From Antedon mediterranea (taxonomy: Eukaryota; Animalia; Echinodermata): a DNA stretch of 64,000 bases. How positions within the stretch are numbered: position 1 is the stretch's first letter; every line of letters starts with the position of its first letter. Where the stretch lies: NCBI RefSeq assembly GCF_964355755.1, contig NC_092673.1, forward strand, positions 20,023,648 to 20,087,647, given 5' to 3'. Below, in pieces: positions 39,436-53,500 of this stretch. The notes under the pieces were generated by a model. That model was not told the DNA's origin. It saw only the letters and a list, made by a program, of their open reading frames with translations, and searched no databases. Position numbers and translations under genes: made by a program.

Positions 39436-40505
39436 CTCAAAAATGATTCATAATATAATATATATAATATAATGTAATAATAATAAATATAATAATAATA
39501 ATCATGACTTGCTAATGCTAACATATAGATTTAAAAAAAAATGATAACGCCCTCTAAATCTTAAAAAAAAGTTTGGAGAAACTTCTCAAACTAGTACTAA
39601 AAAAGAATCGGAACGACGAGGAACTGGCAACAGGCCGTTTTGCTTGTTTTCATTGACATTATCATTATTGGTATGGAATATTTATATTTATCATTTTAAG
39701 TGTTTAAAGAGGAATTTGCATATAGGCCTAGTAGTATATACAGTACGGTCGGTCTAGGCCATTAGTGGTAAGATTATAGGCCTAGTCCGGATAGTTTTTA
39801 ACATTCATTTATGATGGGTCACGTTCCTTGTGAGTGTGTGGATGTTCTTCAGTCGGATCGTGTATGTGTATACAAAACAGTACTGATACTAATTACTGAG
39901 TTGAAACAATGAATCAATGTGCTGTACTACAACTAATAATTTGTTGATTAATGCCGTATTTTGGCATAATATTAGAAAAAAAATGAAATCATTAAAATAA
40001 TAACGTATGCCATATATACGCACGATCGGAAGTATTAATGTGCGCGCTGTGTATTTATATGCGCGCATCAATCAATTAAATTATTCTAAATAGAATAATT
40101 ACGATGTTACGATGATTGAAATGCAAGTTTGAATTTTTTATTTCTCGTTATTTTTATTCCAAAATTGTTACGGTTTTTAATATAAATTTATCATAATCAC
40201 ATAAATAAATAAATAATTGAATAAATACCTAATAATTTTAATACTAACCTATGCCTAGACCTACCAATTGTCAATACTATATTTAGGCCTAAATCATAAT
40301 TTTATTTAAAAAAATGTAGGCCTAGGCCTATGTTGTTGTTTGAGTAATTAAATATTCAATAATTAAATTCACTAGCCTAGGTCTATATAAACCTACCTCC
40401 GACTACACCAAATATTAAAAAATACTACTGTGGTACCAATTTATTTAATTAAATAAGGTAATACCTAGGAATAGCCTAGTGTAGGAGAGAAGGCCTAGGG
40501 CCTAG

Positions 40506-42837
40506 TAGTCCATGGGATTTAGCTAAAAAATTACCCTTTTCTCACACAAATTGCAAGAAAAGGTTTTTTTGATGAAATGTGTTCTTTAGACCCTACTGAA
40601 CATATTTATCAACGTTAGGACATTTTTCGAAAACGGGAAGTAGCCTAATTTGCATAATTAAAAATGGCCGCCATTTTTGATAACGTACTCTGTATCTTGA
40701 AAACCGCTAGTCACAGATACTTAATTATGGTGTCAAAATCGTTAGAATATATGTTTTTATATTCACTTTATTGAAAAAGTTTGTCCAAAAATGAATGGAA
40801 GTGCTATTTCTAACATTATTGACCTTTGAACTTTGCACTACATAAAATCGCATAACTTTGAAAATATTGTACATATGAAATTATTTTTAATGTCAAATTA
40901 TTCAGAACATACATGTTTCTATAGAGTCCAATGACACATTATGTCCAATAATGGCCTATTGTATGGTTATTAACATTTGAACTATATTTGAAAAGCCTTT
41001 AAACCCAGAATCTTCTTCATGTGGACATCCATTAGAACATGTGATTTGGCACTCTAAAATGTAAGAGTTGCAATGTTGACTTATTATGTTTAGTTTAAAG
41101 TAGGCCATGGTACACTAAATTTATAAGCATAAACTATTGCATTCATCCATAAACTGCCTACAAGTTTACACGTTTGTTTATTTTATTTCTTATCGTTTTC
41201 GCAGCTGAAGCTGAATTACAATATATTTATATTAAAAGCATTAAAATTGATGGTTAAAAAATGGTAAAAATTAAATCACATAGAAACATGGTACATACAC
41301 AATACATTCACGTAAAAAAGTACAAAAACAAGTAATAAAAGGTTAAAAACTATACACGACTAGTAGTCGTACTGTATATGGTTATTGAAATAAATAAATA
41401 AATTCCATAAGAAACTGAGGTTTATACTGTATACGGCGAAAATATTGCAAGTGGTGGTCAGCCTAATTATGAGTCTCGATAGCCAATTAATTAAACTAAA
41501 CTAAATATGTTGCATTAATATCGATCTTTTAAAATTCCAGTTGTCAACAATGCGTCTATTAGTAGAAAATGCCTTCTTAATAAGACTATGTTTCAACCTA
41601 AAAGAATGCCCTCAAGAGTGATGCTATCCTTAGCAAAATATAAACTAAATAATCTTTAGAAATTTGTTTTTGAATATGCCATTTAATGGCAATTTAATTT
41701 GATCAAAATATAAATTACTAACTTGAAAAAAACGTTAATAAACCTGCAAAATGGCATGGCCTATTTAAAGTATGTACAATGTAACAATATATCATAAAAA
41801 AAACTACATTTTTGTTGGCTCTGTTAATAGTGTCAACACCAACTTTCTCCTGAGTAAGATGTAAGACCTAATTAAAAATTTATTAATAATCCAAACCTAT
41901 AATGTATGTATACATAGTCTAATATTTTTTTTTTTAAGTGAATATTTCAGTTTTTAAATTTAATTTAAATCAACTGGTTACATGCACTTTAAATTACCAC
42001 CATATTCTAAACAAGTAGGGCCAAATCACATGTTCTAATGAATGCCTACATGAAGAAGATTCCGGGTTTAAAAATCCTTTTCAAATATAGTTCAAATGTT
42101 AATAACCATACAATAGGTCATTATTGGACATAATGTGTCATTGGACTCTATAGAAACATGTATGTTCTGAATAATTTGACACTAAAAATAATTTCATATG
42201 TACAATATTTCAAAGTTATGCGATTTTATGTAGTGCAAAGTTCAAAGGTCAATAATGTTAGAATCGGCAATTTTTTGCAAAAACATGCCATTAGACTAAA
42301 TATAAATATGTAGTTTTTAAACAGTTTGAGCCATATTGTGTGTCTCTCAGATTAGTGGTTGCTAAGATATGATAAATCAAGGTCAAAGGTCAATAATGTT
42401 AGAATCCGCCATTTTTTGCAAAAACATGCCATTAGACTGGATATAAATGTGTAGTTTCTGAACAATTTAAGCCCTAATTTGTATATCTCCGATTAGTGGT
42501 TGCTGAGATATGATAAATCAAGGTCAAAGGTCAATAATGTTAGAAATAGCACTTCCATTCATTTTTGGACAAACTTTGTCATTAAAGTGAATATAAAAAC
42601 ATATGTTCTAATGATTTTGACATCATAATTAAGTATCTGTGACTAGCGGTTTCCAAGATACAGAGTACGTTATTAAAAATGGCGTCCATTTTTAATTATG
42701 CAAATTAGGCTACTTCCTGTTGTCGAAAAATGTCCTAACGTTGATAAATGTGTTCAGTATGGTCTAAAGAACACATTTCATCAAAAAAACCTTTTCTTGC
42801 AATTTGTGTGAGTTAAAAGTCTAAATCCCATGGACTA
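40506..42837. mobile_element. Non-autonomous foldback DNA transposon with ~550-bp TIRs and 3-bp TSD (Academ-like)
   Basis: TAG|TAGTCCATGGGATTTAG ... CTAAATCCCATGGACTA|TAG. Arms are ~40506-41050 and ~42020-42837. The right arm has extra ~141-bp tandem units (TCAAAGGTCAATAATGTTAGAA three times). Academ is inferred from the TAG..CTA termini and 3-bp TSD. Confidence 0.85.
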
Positions 42838-43054
42838 TAGTACTATAATAATATTAATAAATAGGATCAACTAAAATAAAAACTCCTTCTAACTTTAACT
42901 AAGCATAAAAAACTAAATTAACCTAATTTTACATTTATCACATTTCAATATAAGAAATATATATATAGTTTACCTTTCATGGTCTTTTGGAAATCTGTGA
43001 AACGTTAAATCATTGTTTTCGATTGAATTTGTGTAGCAATTACTTGCCACACAA

Positions 43055-43213
43055 CTACGTTTCCCCGTTTGACATTGTTGTGTTAGCGTGTCCGTAGAAA
43101 TGAGAAGGTGACGTTTGTGGAGGTTTAATATCGCATTCCACTTTGGCATCGCAACTAGTTAACAGAACGATAAATGTAATTATATTAACAATTTTTGAGG
43201 CAGCGCGCATCAT
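43055..43213 (-). pseudogene. Truncated paralog of exon 1 of the PAN-EGF-EAR-MAM gene (52 codons)
   Basis: MMRAASKIVNIITFIVLLTSCDAKVECDIKPPQTSPSHFYGHANTTMSNGET* versus MRATII...SCDGYVECDIKPPETSPSHFYGHANTAMSNELG at 59171. Homology stops after MSN. Confidence 0.8.
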
Positions 43214-43270
43214 GTCTGTTGAGAAGGAACGTTAAAAGTTCTTGTGTGTTTCGTGTCAAAATGGTGTATA

Positions 43271-43646
43271 AAGCCGATTTTCCACTAGGCGAATTTGTTC
43301 GCGCGAATCGAAAGCGTCATGCTATGCACATGCGTGTTCGCGTTTCTGTCTGTCATACCGCCTTCTTCGACGAATTCTAGTTCCTTTGATTTTTCGCTTC
43401 AGCGAAATTTACTAGTTCGAATTGTTTCTACTTTTTGCGAAGCGAAATATTGCGCAACAAATCAGAGCTCAGGAAATGAGCTATGACGCTTTCATGAGCA
43501 CTCATGCGAATCGGAATGCTCAGCAACCACGCGAGGAACATGAACGTCGCAGCTATTCGCTCTGTAGTGGAAAGAGAGTAGGCGATTTTTTTCTCTTCGA
43601 AACGTTGGATTCGCGCGAACAAATTCGCCTAGTGGAAAATCAGCTT
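43271..43646. mobile_element. MITE (TA/TWA target, Harbinger-like)
   Basis: TA|AAGCCGATTTTCCACTAGGCGAATTTGTTCGCGCGAATC ... GATTCGCGCGAACAAATTCGCCTAGTGGAAAATCAGCTT|TA. Confidence 0.85.
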
Positions 43647-44036
43647 TACGTTTCCTACAATTCGTGACTTAGAGCTCATCGATGGTTCCCCCACTAGCGT
43701 TGGTAGTTCACTGTCTTTCGCAATGCGCTTCCAAACTATTTAATATATTTCAGTATACTTTATTCTATGAACAAAAACCATTACAAACGTGCTTGGTAAT
43801 ATCATTATCTACCACCTATATACTTTACATATAAATAATTAAACCTAAGCATGGTTAAATATGCGTTTTAAAAACATTAATATTCAATAATATTCTTCAT
43901 GACCATAACTATTTTTTTTAAAATGCTGTAAACATGACAACGGAATCAACATAAACAACAAAATACCGTTGGTAGTTGACTGTCTTTCGCAATGTGTACT
44001 TCTAAGTTATTGTGATGCATTTATAATTGTGGCCTA

Positions 44037-44216
44037 AAGCCTGTTTTCCTGTCGACGTTAGACAATAATCGGCGATAATCTACGTAAACATTGAAATGTT
44101 AACGATTTACAGGAAAAGGTACTCGCCATTGTCATCATTTCAAGTTGATCGTTTCCAAACGATCGTCGTTGATCAACGACGATAGCGTCGAATAACGTCG
44201 ACAGGAAAACAGGCTT
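44037..44216. mobile_element. Small MITE with related termini
   Basis: TA|AAGCCTGTTTTCCTGTCGACGTTA ... TAACGTCGACAGGAAAACAGGCTT|TA. Confidence 0.85.
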
Positions 44217-44313
44217 TAGTGACCACTACGTGACATGTGAAAGAACACAAAAGGCCCGTATTCATGCCACATAGTGATGATGTATTAAATCTGTAGCAAA
44301 ATTACATTATCAT

Positions 44314-44518
44314 GTAGCAATCACACCATTCTCTTGTGTATACACTGGCATCGTCTCAACTAACCACACCAGCTAGTGAGGAGATTCCAAACGTGCGCAT
44401 GCGCCACATGGCATTTTGTTAGTAGCAATCACACCATTATCTTGTGTATACGCTGGCATCGTCTCAACTAACCACACCAGCTAGTAAGTAAATTCCAAAC
44501 ATGCACATGCGCCACATT
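44314..44518 (+). repeat. Tandem duplication, ~108-bp period
   Basis: GTAGCAATCACACCATT...CATGCGCCACAT occurs twice. Confidence 0.8.
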
Positions 44519-45411
44519 TTTATGCAAATTATTCCAGGTAAGCACGCCATCAACAGCAATTAAATAATCACTAAACTCAGTTACAGCATTATTTAAATAT
44601 ATACTTTATTATATGACTAAAAACAAACGTGCTTGGTAATAATTATCTAACACCTATGTTTATACTTTAATTAAATAAATTATTAGGCCTAACCATTGTT
44701 ATATATGCATTTTACAAATATTAATAGTCAATATTTTTCATAAACATGACCATACATATTAACAACTAAAACATGCGGTAACCATGACAACAGAAGTTCA
44801 ACATAAACAATACCATACTGTAAGAATTATATATAAAAATACCGCTCGTGTATTGGGTATAGAGGACGTACTTCATCCATGGTATAATAACGTTACGTTT
44901 ATAATCACGTTACGTTATACATCTAAGTAGTTGACAATATGTAGAGCGACAGGGATATAGTCATACTATTCTAGTTCTATTTTGTCTATTTTCTGACCAC
45001 TTTTTACCTTGATAAGACTTCTATAGATTTATACATATATAAATATGGCAAGATTGAACAATATCGGTTAAAGGCAGAAACAAACCTTTTATTTATTACA
45101 CATATTAACACATATTCCACTATAACTATCAATATACGCGGATTCTGCAAAAGGTACATTAGGTTACAGTCAAAATGAAATTATTTTAAAAATCCTGTAA
45201 TTAAACCGCAACTGATTTTACTTATAACAATAATCAAACTAACACGATAAATTGTGTGCATTTATTTGGGGTTTTGTGTGAGATATGTTTATATACAGGG
45301 AAAAAACAATCCTCCTCAATATATTAATTCTACGTGTAGCGTTTAACTTATTTTTATCATCTTGTAATTCGTTTTTGTACGACGAGACATGCGACGCATC
45401 TATTGAATCTA

Positions 45412-45696
45412 TCCACTAGGCGAATTTGTTCGCGAGAATCCAACGTTTCGAGGAGAAAAAATCGTCTATAAAGCGTCATAGCTCATTTCCTGAGCTCTGA
45501 TTGGTTGAGAAGTTTTCGCTTCGCAAAAAGTAGAAACAATTCGAACTAGTAAATTTCGCTGAAGCAAAAAATCAAAGGAACTTGAATTCGTCGCAGAAGT
45601 GAGTATGACAATGACATACAGAAATTCAAATACGCATGCGCATAGCATGACGCTTTCGATTCGCGCGAACAAATTCGACTAGTGGAAAATAGGCTT
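45412..45696 (-). mobile_element. Second, inverted and internally deleted copy of the 43271 MITE
   Basis: Same TIR core TCCACTAGGCGAATTTGTTCGCG; the interior is the reverse complement of 43300-43610. Confidence 0.8.
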
Positions 45697-46093
45697 AACG
45701 GTCCTTCTGCACACGCTCATTTCCTTCTGGTTGACGCGTACGCGATACTCTCTCTCTATCCCGCTTCCACAAAAGGTTAAATCAGAGTCATAGGGCGCAT
45801 GAGTTTATACTACAGTGTTTTAACAAAAACAAAAGACTTGTTTAACTTTTCGAATTAGTTACAGTTTTTAGTTTATTCATATAATAAGTTTATGTGCATG
45901 TTTTAGTTTAATAAGGCACAAGGCAGGAGAGCGGGACCTACAAATACACACCCATTGGTATATGTTGAAGTTTGGATTAGTTATGCCACTAAAAACTTTT
46001 ATTACAAACGTTTATTCGACTGGAAACATAAATTAATTTAAATTTAAAATGTCACCTTAAACTGGTTTTGAACTGAATCGGTTGATGTCTTAT

Positions 46094-46418
46094 CGGTACG
46101 ATGGTAGAAAAATAAAAAAGTAGTTTAGGATGTAGAAATAGGAAAAGTTTGTTAGTGCAAAAGTGTAGATTTTGAATGCGAGAAATGACTTGGATGGTAC
46201 ATTCCAACTAGAGTCCTATGTCAGCACCTAGGCCTATACAACGTCATGAGGTAATTTCCCGATTGATCGTAATCAAAACGGTACTGGGTATGGTCTACTA
46301 GCTAATAGATGAAGGAGGAAAATATAAAAGGTACGATGGTAGAAAAATAAAAAAGTAGTTTAGGATGTAGAAATAGGAAAAGTTTGTTAGTGCAAAAGTG
46401 TAGATTTTGAATGCGAGA
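46094..46418 (+). repeat. Direct repeat of ~89 bp (46094-46182, 46330-46418)
   Basis: GGTACGATGGTAGAAAAATAAAAAAGTAG...GAATGCGAGA occurs twice. Confidence 0.8.
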
Positions 46419-46829
46419 TCAAGGAGAATGTTAAGAAACTTGTTTTTCTGCAGTTTCTAAATTGTTCGCATAGTATAATGTCATTTAAGCATTTATAACA
46501 TAATATATGACGTCACAACTACCATATGACGTCATAGGTACGTCATATGGTAATTTAAATAAGTTAATTAGAATGTTTAATATCACATTTATTTCTACTC
46601 GTAATGCACTTAGGTGGTCGAAATCCAACCGTTAAGGAGATATGGGGCTTTAAAATAGCAAATGGCGGCCGTTTTGAATTTATGCTAATTAACCCATTTC
46701 CCGATGTCCGATTTTGGTAAACTTTGGAAATGATGTTCATGTTCACCATATCAACCATATAAAAAAAAATTCTGTTGCAATTTGTTCTAGGTTCAACCAT
46801 ATTTTTACTTTACACTAATACTTATACTT

Positions 46830-49800
46830 GCTTCCTAAACCAGGGGCCTCAGGGCTCTGTGTTACGCCGCAAGACAATTATCAACAATCAACAATAATTT
46901 ATCTGTTTTCTATTAATGATGCACTAATACTTATACTTGCTATACTTACTTATTATCCATATATACATGAAATAACGTATACGCATACAATTCAGAAACA
47001 TGAAATCTAATACAATATTGTTTAAGCATTGTGTTGGAATCGACTATGGTCATATTGCTTTATGTTACACATTACGTCAGTTTGTTTTCCAATCGTAATC
47101 GTAAGCTCGTGCGCGCGATACTAAAACTAAATACTAAAAATAAGTTGTTTTAATGTCATAGTTCCCGACGGAGATTCTTGTATTATAAGTTCTTTGGTGC
47201 AAGCTATAATTACTTCGCTCTGGGCATGCGCAATAGCGTGTCGGATTCCCAAACGCTGGGCAGTTGAGTTCCGGTGCCGGAATCCTAACCACGGCGTAAA
47301 ACGAATGTGTATATACCCAATAATTGCCGGCTAAATTGATATTGATAAAGCGCCACCAACTTAAATATTTCTTCTGAACTTCAGCTTTTTCTCTAAACAT
47401 AATAAATACAGTAGGCCCCTACTGTAATACCTCGAAAGAAATTCCCTTGGGCTTCTTTTCGAAAAGAAGCCCACCCCCTCCCGATCTTTGGTCTCTGTAA
47501 AAGAAGCCTCTTTCGAATCAAGACGGCCCACAGGGCTTCTTTTTTTTAGATAGACTATTTGAATGTAAAAGGAACATGGTGATTGATGCCTTAAATAACT
47601 ATGATGCAGATATAATAAAATGTATGATCGAGATAACTATCGTAGGCCAACATTAATTTTACAGGTTAAAATTGTATTTTATCAAAAATAATAATATATA
47701 TGTATGAATGACTTAATAAATCGAATCTGAATCTCAATATTGGCTTAAAATATGCAGTAACCGTCGCGAGAAAATTGAATAAAGCTTTGTTTTTCCTTTT
47801 TGGATGCAATGCGTACGACTAGCATGACAACGCAGCAAGCGAGTTGACCAATGGCAAGCGGCACACAGTTGGAATAGTCATCGAGTGTGATTGGTCAATT
47901 AAGAATGATTTGCGTTGCACTACGTCGTCCTTGCGTTGGACAAGCCTAAACAACGCAATATGAACGAAGAAAACAAAAACTAAATAGTGGCACATACATA
48001 ATACTCTGTTACAACTTTCTTCTAAAATGCCCACGAACTAATAACAAGACCCAGTGGCGTAACGGCTATGAGCGCCCGCTGGACCCTGAGCAGTGCCCGG
48101 AGGAAAAAACAGCAGGCATTAAAATATGTCGAAAAAGGCTCAAAACGCTCGAGGTCTCACATCGTTGGAGGCCGCTAAGGCTTCCTAAACCAGGGGCCTC
48201 AGGGCTCTGTGTTACGCCGCAAGACAATTATCAACAATCAACAATAATTTATCTGTTTTCTATTAATGATGCACTAATACTTATACTTGCTATACTTACT
48301 TATTATCCATATATACATGAAATAACGTATACGCATACAATTCAGAAACATGAAATCTAATACAATATTGTTTAAGCATTGTGTTGGAATCGACTATGGT
48401 CATATTGCTTTATGTTACACATTACGTCAGTTTGTTTTCCAATCGTAATCGTAAGCTCGTGCGCGCGATACTAAAACTAAATACTAAAAATAAGTTGTTT
48501 TAATGTCATAGTTCCCGACGGAGATTCTTGTATTATAAGTTCTTTGGTGCAAGCTATAATTACTTCGCTCTGGGCATGCGCAATAGCGTGTCGGATTCCC
48601 AAACGCTGGGCAGTTGAGTTCCGGTGCCGGAATCCTAACCACGGCGTAAAACGAATGTGTATATACCCAATAATTGCCGGCTAAATTGATATTGATAAAG
48701 CGCCACCAACTTAAATATTTCTTCTGAACTTCAGCTTTTTCTCTAAACATAATAAATACAGTAGGCCCTACTGTAATACCTCGAAAGAAATTCCCTTGGG
48801 CTTCTTTTCGAAAAGAAGCCCACCCCCTCCCGATCTTTGGTCTCTGTAAAAGAAGCCTCTTTCGAATCAAGACGGCCCACAGGGCTTCTTTTTTTTAGAT
48901 AGACTAATTGAATGTAAAAGGAACATGGTGATTGATGCCTTAAATAACTATGGTGCAGATATAATAAAATGTATGATCGAGATAACTATCGTAGGCCAAC
49001 ATTAATTTTACAGGTTAAAATTGTATTTTATCAAAAATAATAATATATATGTATGAATGACTTAATAAATCGAATCTGAATCTCAATATTGGCTTAAAAT
49101 ATGCAGTAACCGTCGCGAGAAAATTGAATAAAGCTTTGTTTTTCCTTTTTGGATGCAATGCGTACGACTAGCATGACAACGCAGCAAGCGAGTTGACCAA
49201 TGGCAAGCGGCACACAGTTGGAATAGTCATCGAGTGTGATTGGTCAATTAAGAATGATTTGCGTTGCACTACGTCGTCCTTGCGTTGGACAAGCCTAAAC
49301 AACGCAATATGAACGACGAAAACAAAAACTAAATAGTGGCACATACATAATACTCTGTTACAACTTTCTTCTAAAATGCCCACGAACTAATAACAAGACC
49401 CAGTGGCGTAACGGCTATGAGCGCCCGCTGGACCCTAGGGGCCCCTGAGCAGTGCCCGGAGGAAAAAACAGCAGGCATTAAAATATGTCGAAAAAGGCTC
49501 AAAACGCTCGAGGTCTCACATCGTTGGAGGCCGCTAAGGCTTCCTAAACCAGGGGCCTCAGGGCTCTGTGTTACGCCGCAAGACAATTATCAACAATCAA
49601 CAATAATTTATCTGTTTTCTATTAATGATGCACTAATACTTATACTTGCTATACTTACTTATTATCCATATATACATGAAATAACGTATACGCATACAAT
49701 TCAGAAACATGAAATCTAATACAATATTGTTTAAGCATTGTGTTGGAATCGACTATGGTCATATTGCTTTATGTTACACATTACGTCAGTTTGTTTTCCA

Positions 49801-49844
49801 ATCGTAATCGTAAGCTCGTGCGCGCGATACTAAAACTAAATACT
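46830..49844 (+). repeat. Near-identical tandem repeat, ~1350-bp unit x 2.2
   Basis: Units begin GCTTCCTAAACCAGGGGCCTC at 46830, 48180 and 49539. Only a few SNPs and a 10-bp indel (49436-49445) were seen. Confidence 0.92.
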
Positions 49845-49883
49845 TTAGGTGAATGCCGAAAAGCTCGAAATAGTGAATTCTTG

Positions 49884-50025
49884 ACGGCGTGTGGCGCAGT
49901 GTGTTGGACGTTGGACTATTGATCGTGGGTTCGAATCCAAAGCTCGTCGCATTGCTTGAATTTGAGGCACAATACTTTAATTTGCCTCTCTTCACCCATG
50001 TGTACAAATGGGTACCTGGTATAGG
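49884..50025 (+). mobile_element. tRNA-derived SINE (degenerate)
   Basis: A box TGGCGCAGTGTG, B box GGTTCGAATCC, then a conserved-domain-like CTCTCTTCACCCATGTGTACAAATGGGTACC. Confidence 0.7.
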
Positions 50026-50304
50026 TCAAAACAAACTGCGCTGATTACTGGCTGCAACATTGGGAGTATGATCCCAAAAGTAATTGGGGTAATAATTTGA
50101 AGGTATTATTAGGTCAAGCTGTAAAGTCAACAATAATGAATTATTCATTAGATAAGGTCGAAAAGTTGGGTAATGTTGAATTTGTTTCCAATAATATGCC
50201 TAAATTATTAAATGGGTAAAATTTCAAATACCAAAGCAGAGTCTTCTAAAATAGCAGTGACCTTTTTAAGTTCATTCTATATGCACGACTTGCATGATTT
50301 ACAA

Positions 50305-50571
50305 CTACACCCATTGGTACATGTTGAAGCTTGGATTAGTTGTGCCACCACTAACATTTCGTTGGTTCGACTGACCCAAAAAGTACTCCCCATCTCGCTC
50401 AAAAAATGTTATATCATAACATTCGTGTGATGGTATGGTTCCGTAATTTACGAACATACTCCCTTCTAATTTAAAAATTGGTGATGACGTAGTATAGAGT
50501 TCAAGATCGTCATAAGCACCACTTGATTCCGTTCTGCTTGTCGTTATTATCAAAAACACTTCTCCGCCAAC
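50305..50571 (-). CDS. Exon 14 (terminal): EAR/EPTP repeats 6-7
   Basis: VGGEVFLI..SPIFKLEGSMFVNYGTIPSH..FFERDGEYFL..MYQWV*. Confidence 0.8.
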   Translation of the reverse strand, partial: VGGEVFLIITTSRTESSGAYDDLELYTTSSPIFKLEGSMFVNYGTIPSHECYDITFFERDGEYFLGQSNQRNVSGGTTNPSFNMYQWV

Positions 50572-53500
50572 CTGTAAATAAAGACAACATCTTCATTGAC
50601 ATAGTGTATTATATAATACATACTACAGATTTAGAAAAAAACTGCAAAAAGTCACTAAGATCACCAAACCTTTTTTACGTCAGACATTTCAACAGAAAAA
50701 AATTACATTGACTCATTTTATTCGGTCAATTTTTCAATTTCCAGAAAAAAAGTAGTACAGTATAAGTATTTCAATCTATTTTTTTATTACCCTGTAATTT
50801 TGTATTAGTGTGAAAAAGAGGAGGCTGATTAGCATGGGTGGTACTTACTTTGAAAATGGTAGATTTCGTGGGGCAATGTTCCACAGGAATACGTTGATGA
50901 ATTTTAAATTCTTCAGACGACTTGTCCCATCTATACACTATTATGGCATGTGCACATTCCAAAGGATTCACAGCTACTAAGTAAGTATCACCGTCATTTG
51001 TGAATGTCTCGATTCCAGTTGACCAAAAAGCGTCCGATTCGTCTAGTGATCGATAAAAAAAGGTGATAAAAACACAAACTAGAGTGATGATTACGGTAGT
51101 ACGCAGGATAGTTAGGCCTACAGTACTGTATAATTAATCCTAACTAACAACATTTTAAAGTATACATACTACTGCAGCAATATTGAATATCATCAATTGC
51201 AATGTCAACAATGGCAATGTCACCAGTGCCGTCACTTTCTTTACTTGCTTCAAACACAATGTAGTTGTCTTCATCACCAGCTTTCTCAAATTGTACTACA
51301 GCATTACGCCATGAATCTCCTTGGTTACCACTTAATGTCCATAACAGTTCGTCCCCCAAGTTTGACGTTCTGTAAAGGTTGAGTGCTCCAATAGTAGCTC
51401 CGTACATGTGGTAAAAGAATGACAAAGATACACGTTGGCCTGGTGGTAGCAATGGACTTCTTAGGCGTGCTGGCCTTTCATTACCGGTACTTACAGAAGC
51501 ATAATAATCATCTATATGTATGTAAAAAACTTTGATTTATTATTTATATCTATGAATTTTTGATTTTAAACTAATATTCAACTGTATATCAATAACACAC
51601 CCACTATAGTGGTGGATCCAGAGGGACCGCATCCTCCGCACGCCCCGCCCCCTACAAATCTGGAAAAAAATTATCCTACCAAAAAATTAGAAAAAAAACG
51701 TAAGAGTAAATGACTTTCAGTTTTGATTAAAACACATTGTTTCAGCGCCGTGCTAAATTACTTTTCATTAGAGGTCACCATTGCCGTTGCGGTATAACGG
51801 ATGCAAAGGGGCGCACACGGCTCAGCAAAAAAAACCCCCAAAAACAACAACAAAAAACACTTTTAATTGCCACCGTCAGACAACTGCGTATGCCTACCTA
51901 TTGTTTAGATGGCTGGCAGTCAGCAAACATTAAGTATATATACGTAAAAAATTGAACGCCGTGGTTACCTACAGTATGTGTGGCTAGTAGCCTAAAGTGT
52001 ATCATCATCATAGATATGTTGATAATAATATATAATAGTACACTACTGTGGTAATTGTGTACTGTAGTTTACATTATAGCAACCGTTTTCTAGGCCACTC
52101 ACCGATATTTACGCAACTGTATCAATACCTATTTATATTGATATATTTAATTTCCTCAACAAATTGATGTAAATAAATATTGAGCTATAATAAGCATTAC
52201 ATTTTGTGCTTTTTTGGGGCTTCCCCTAGACGTACGTTCGCATTGAACGGAACGCAAGCAATCAAAACAAAATAGTGAATGAAATCGGCCAAAAAAATGG
52301 TCCTTTAGTCACGTGTGTTTATTGGAGGGAAAAAGTATGATCGTTTGCTTATTGGTAGCATGCTACATGATAGTGCCTTTTCCTGCAAATTAGAGGTGGC
52401 ATTTATCATTTATGTGCGAGAGTACCATTTCTAGCCATCTGGGGCGTCATTTAACAAAGTTCGCTTTGCCACAGGTCCTGTCGACGGTCCTGGACAAGCA
52501 CCCCTTTTCAGCCGTGCAAACGCTGAGTTACGCGAAGCGCCCTGTTGTGACGCTTTTACTCAAAATAGGCCTATGGGGAAAATGTCACCATTTAATAGGC
52601 TAGTACCTCAGTTTTCATATTTAAAATATCAATTTTTAATACATTTATAATAACATAAGAGTGCAATTTCTGACCATCTAGAGGTGTTATGTTTTCAAAA
52701 TCGCCCAAACTCAGAGTTGGTGACGTGTGGATTCTACAGTTGCGCCCCCACCCTTTCAAAAATTCTGGATCCGCCCCTGCCAGTATGAACCTATAAACTT
52801 ACTTGTATTCCCTGAATTGCCGTTTGTTGGTCCAGTGTTTACTGTTGGCGTAGAACCATATCTCCGTTTCCAATTATATTCTTTAGTCCAATGATTAAAA
52901 CCAGTCTCGAAATCTGATGTTGCTAAAACAATAACAATACTTTTTCGTCAAAAAATAAGGACGATAGGTTTAAAATCTGACTACTGCTCCTATATTAAGT
53001 TTTTTTTATTGTTGTATCTTTGTACTGTCCTTGTTTTTTTGGGAGGACAATTAATGAAATGAAGTTCTTGACAAATATATCAGGACAGTTCAAATGTAGT
53101 AACATTACGCCAGTATTTTCGCTCCTCCTCCTCTCTCTCTAAACACACCCCAGATACTGGGTGATGTGTTTAAGACAGTTCCAGTACAAATTATGTTAGC
53201 CATCACTAATCCCTCAAGCAGTTTTCAAATGTAGTTTAAAACATTCCCAATAAAGTTTCGATCATGGTGATAGGTTTACATCCCCACCCCAAACTCCCAT
53301 TCCTTTCCCAGGGATAATTTATATTATACTTTAACATTTTCTAACCACAATTAATTCTCATCAGTTTTATAGCCTAATACCCTTAGCCTAAGCAAAATCC
53401 CTACTATCCCCTAAACCCCAACTCCCACACCCTATCTCCCAACCCACTCCCACAAAATCCCCGGACTTTTTTAAATGTAGTTTAAAACCTTCCCGGTACA

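Noticed and set aside
47134-49922. ORFs in the 1.35-kb tandem repeat
   Set aside because: No recognisable domains, mostly non-ATG starts, and they overlap MITE debris.
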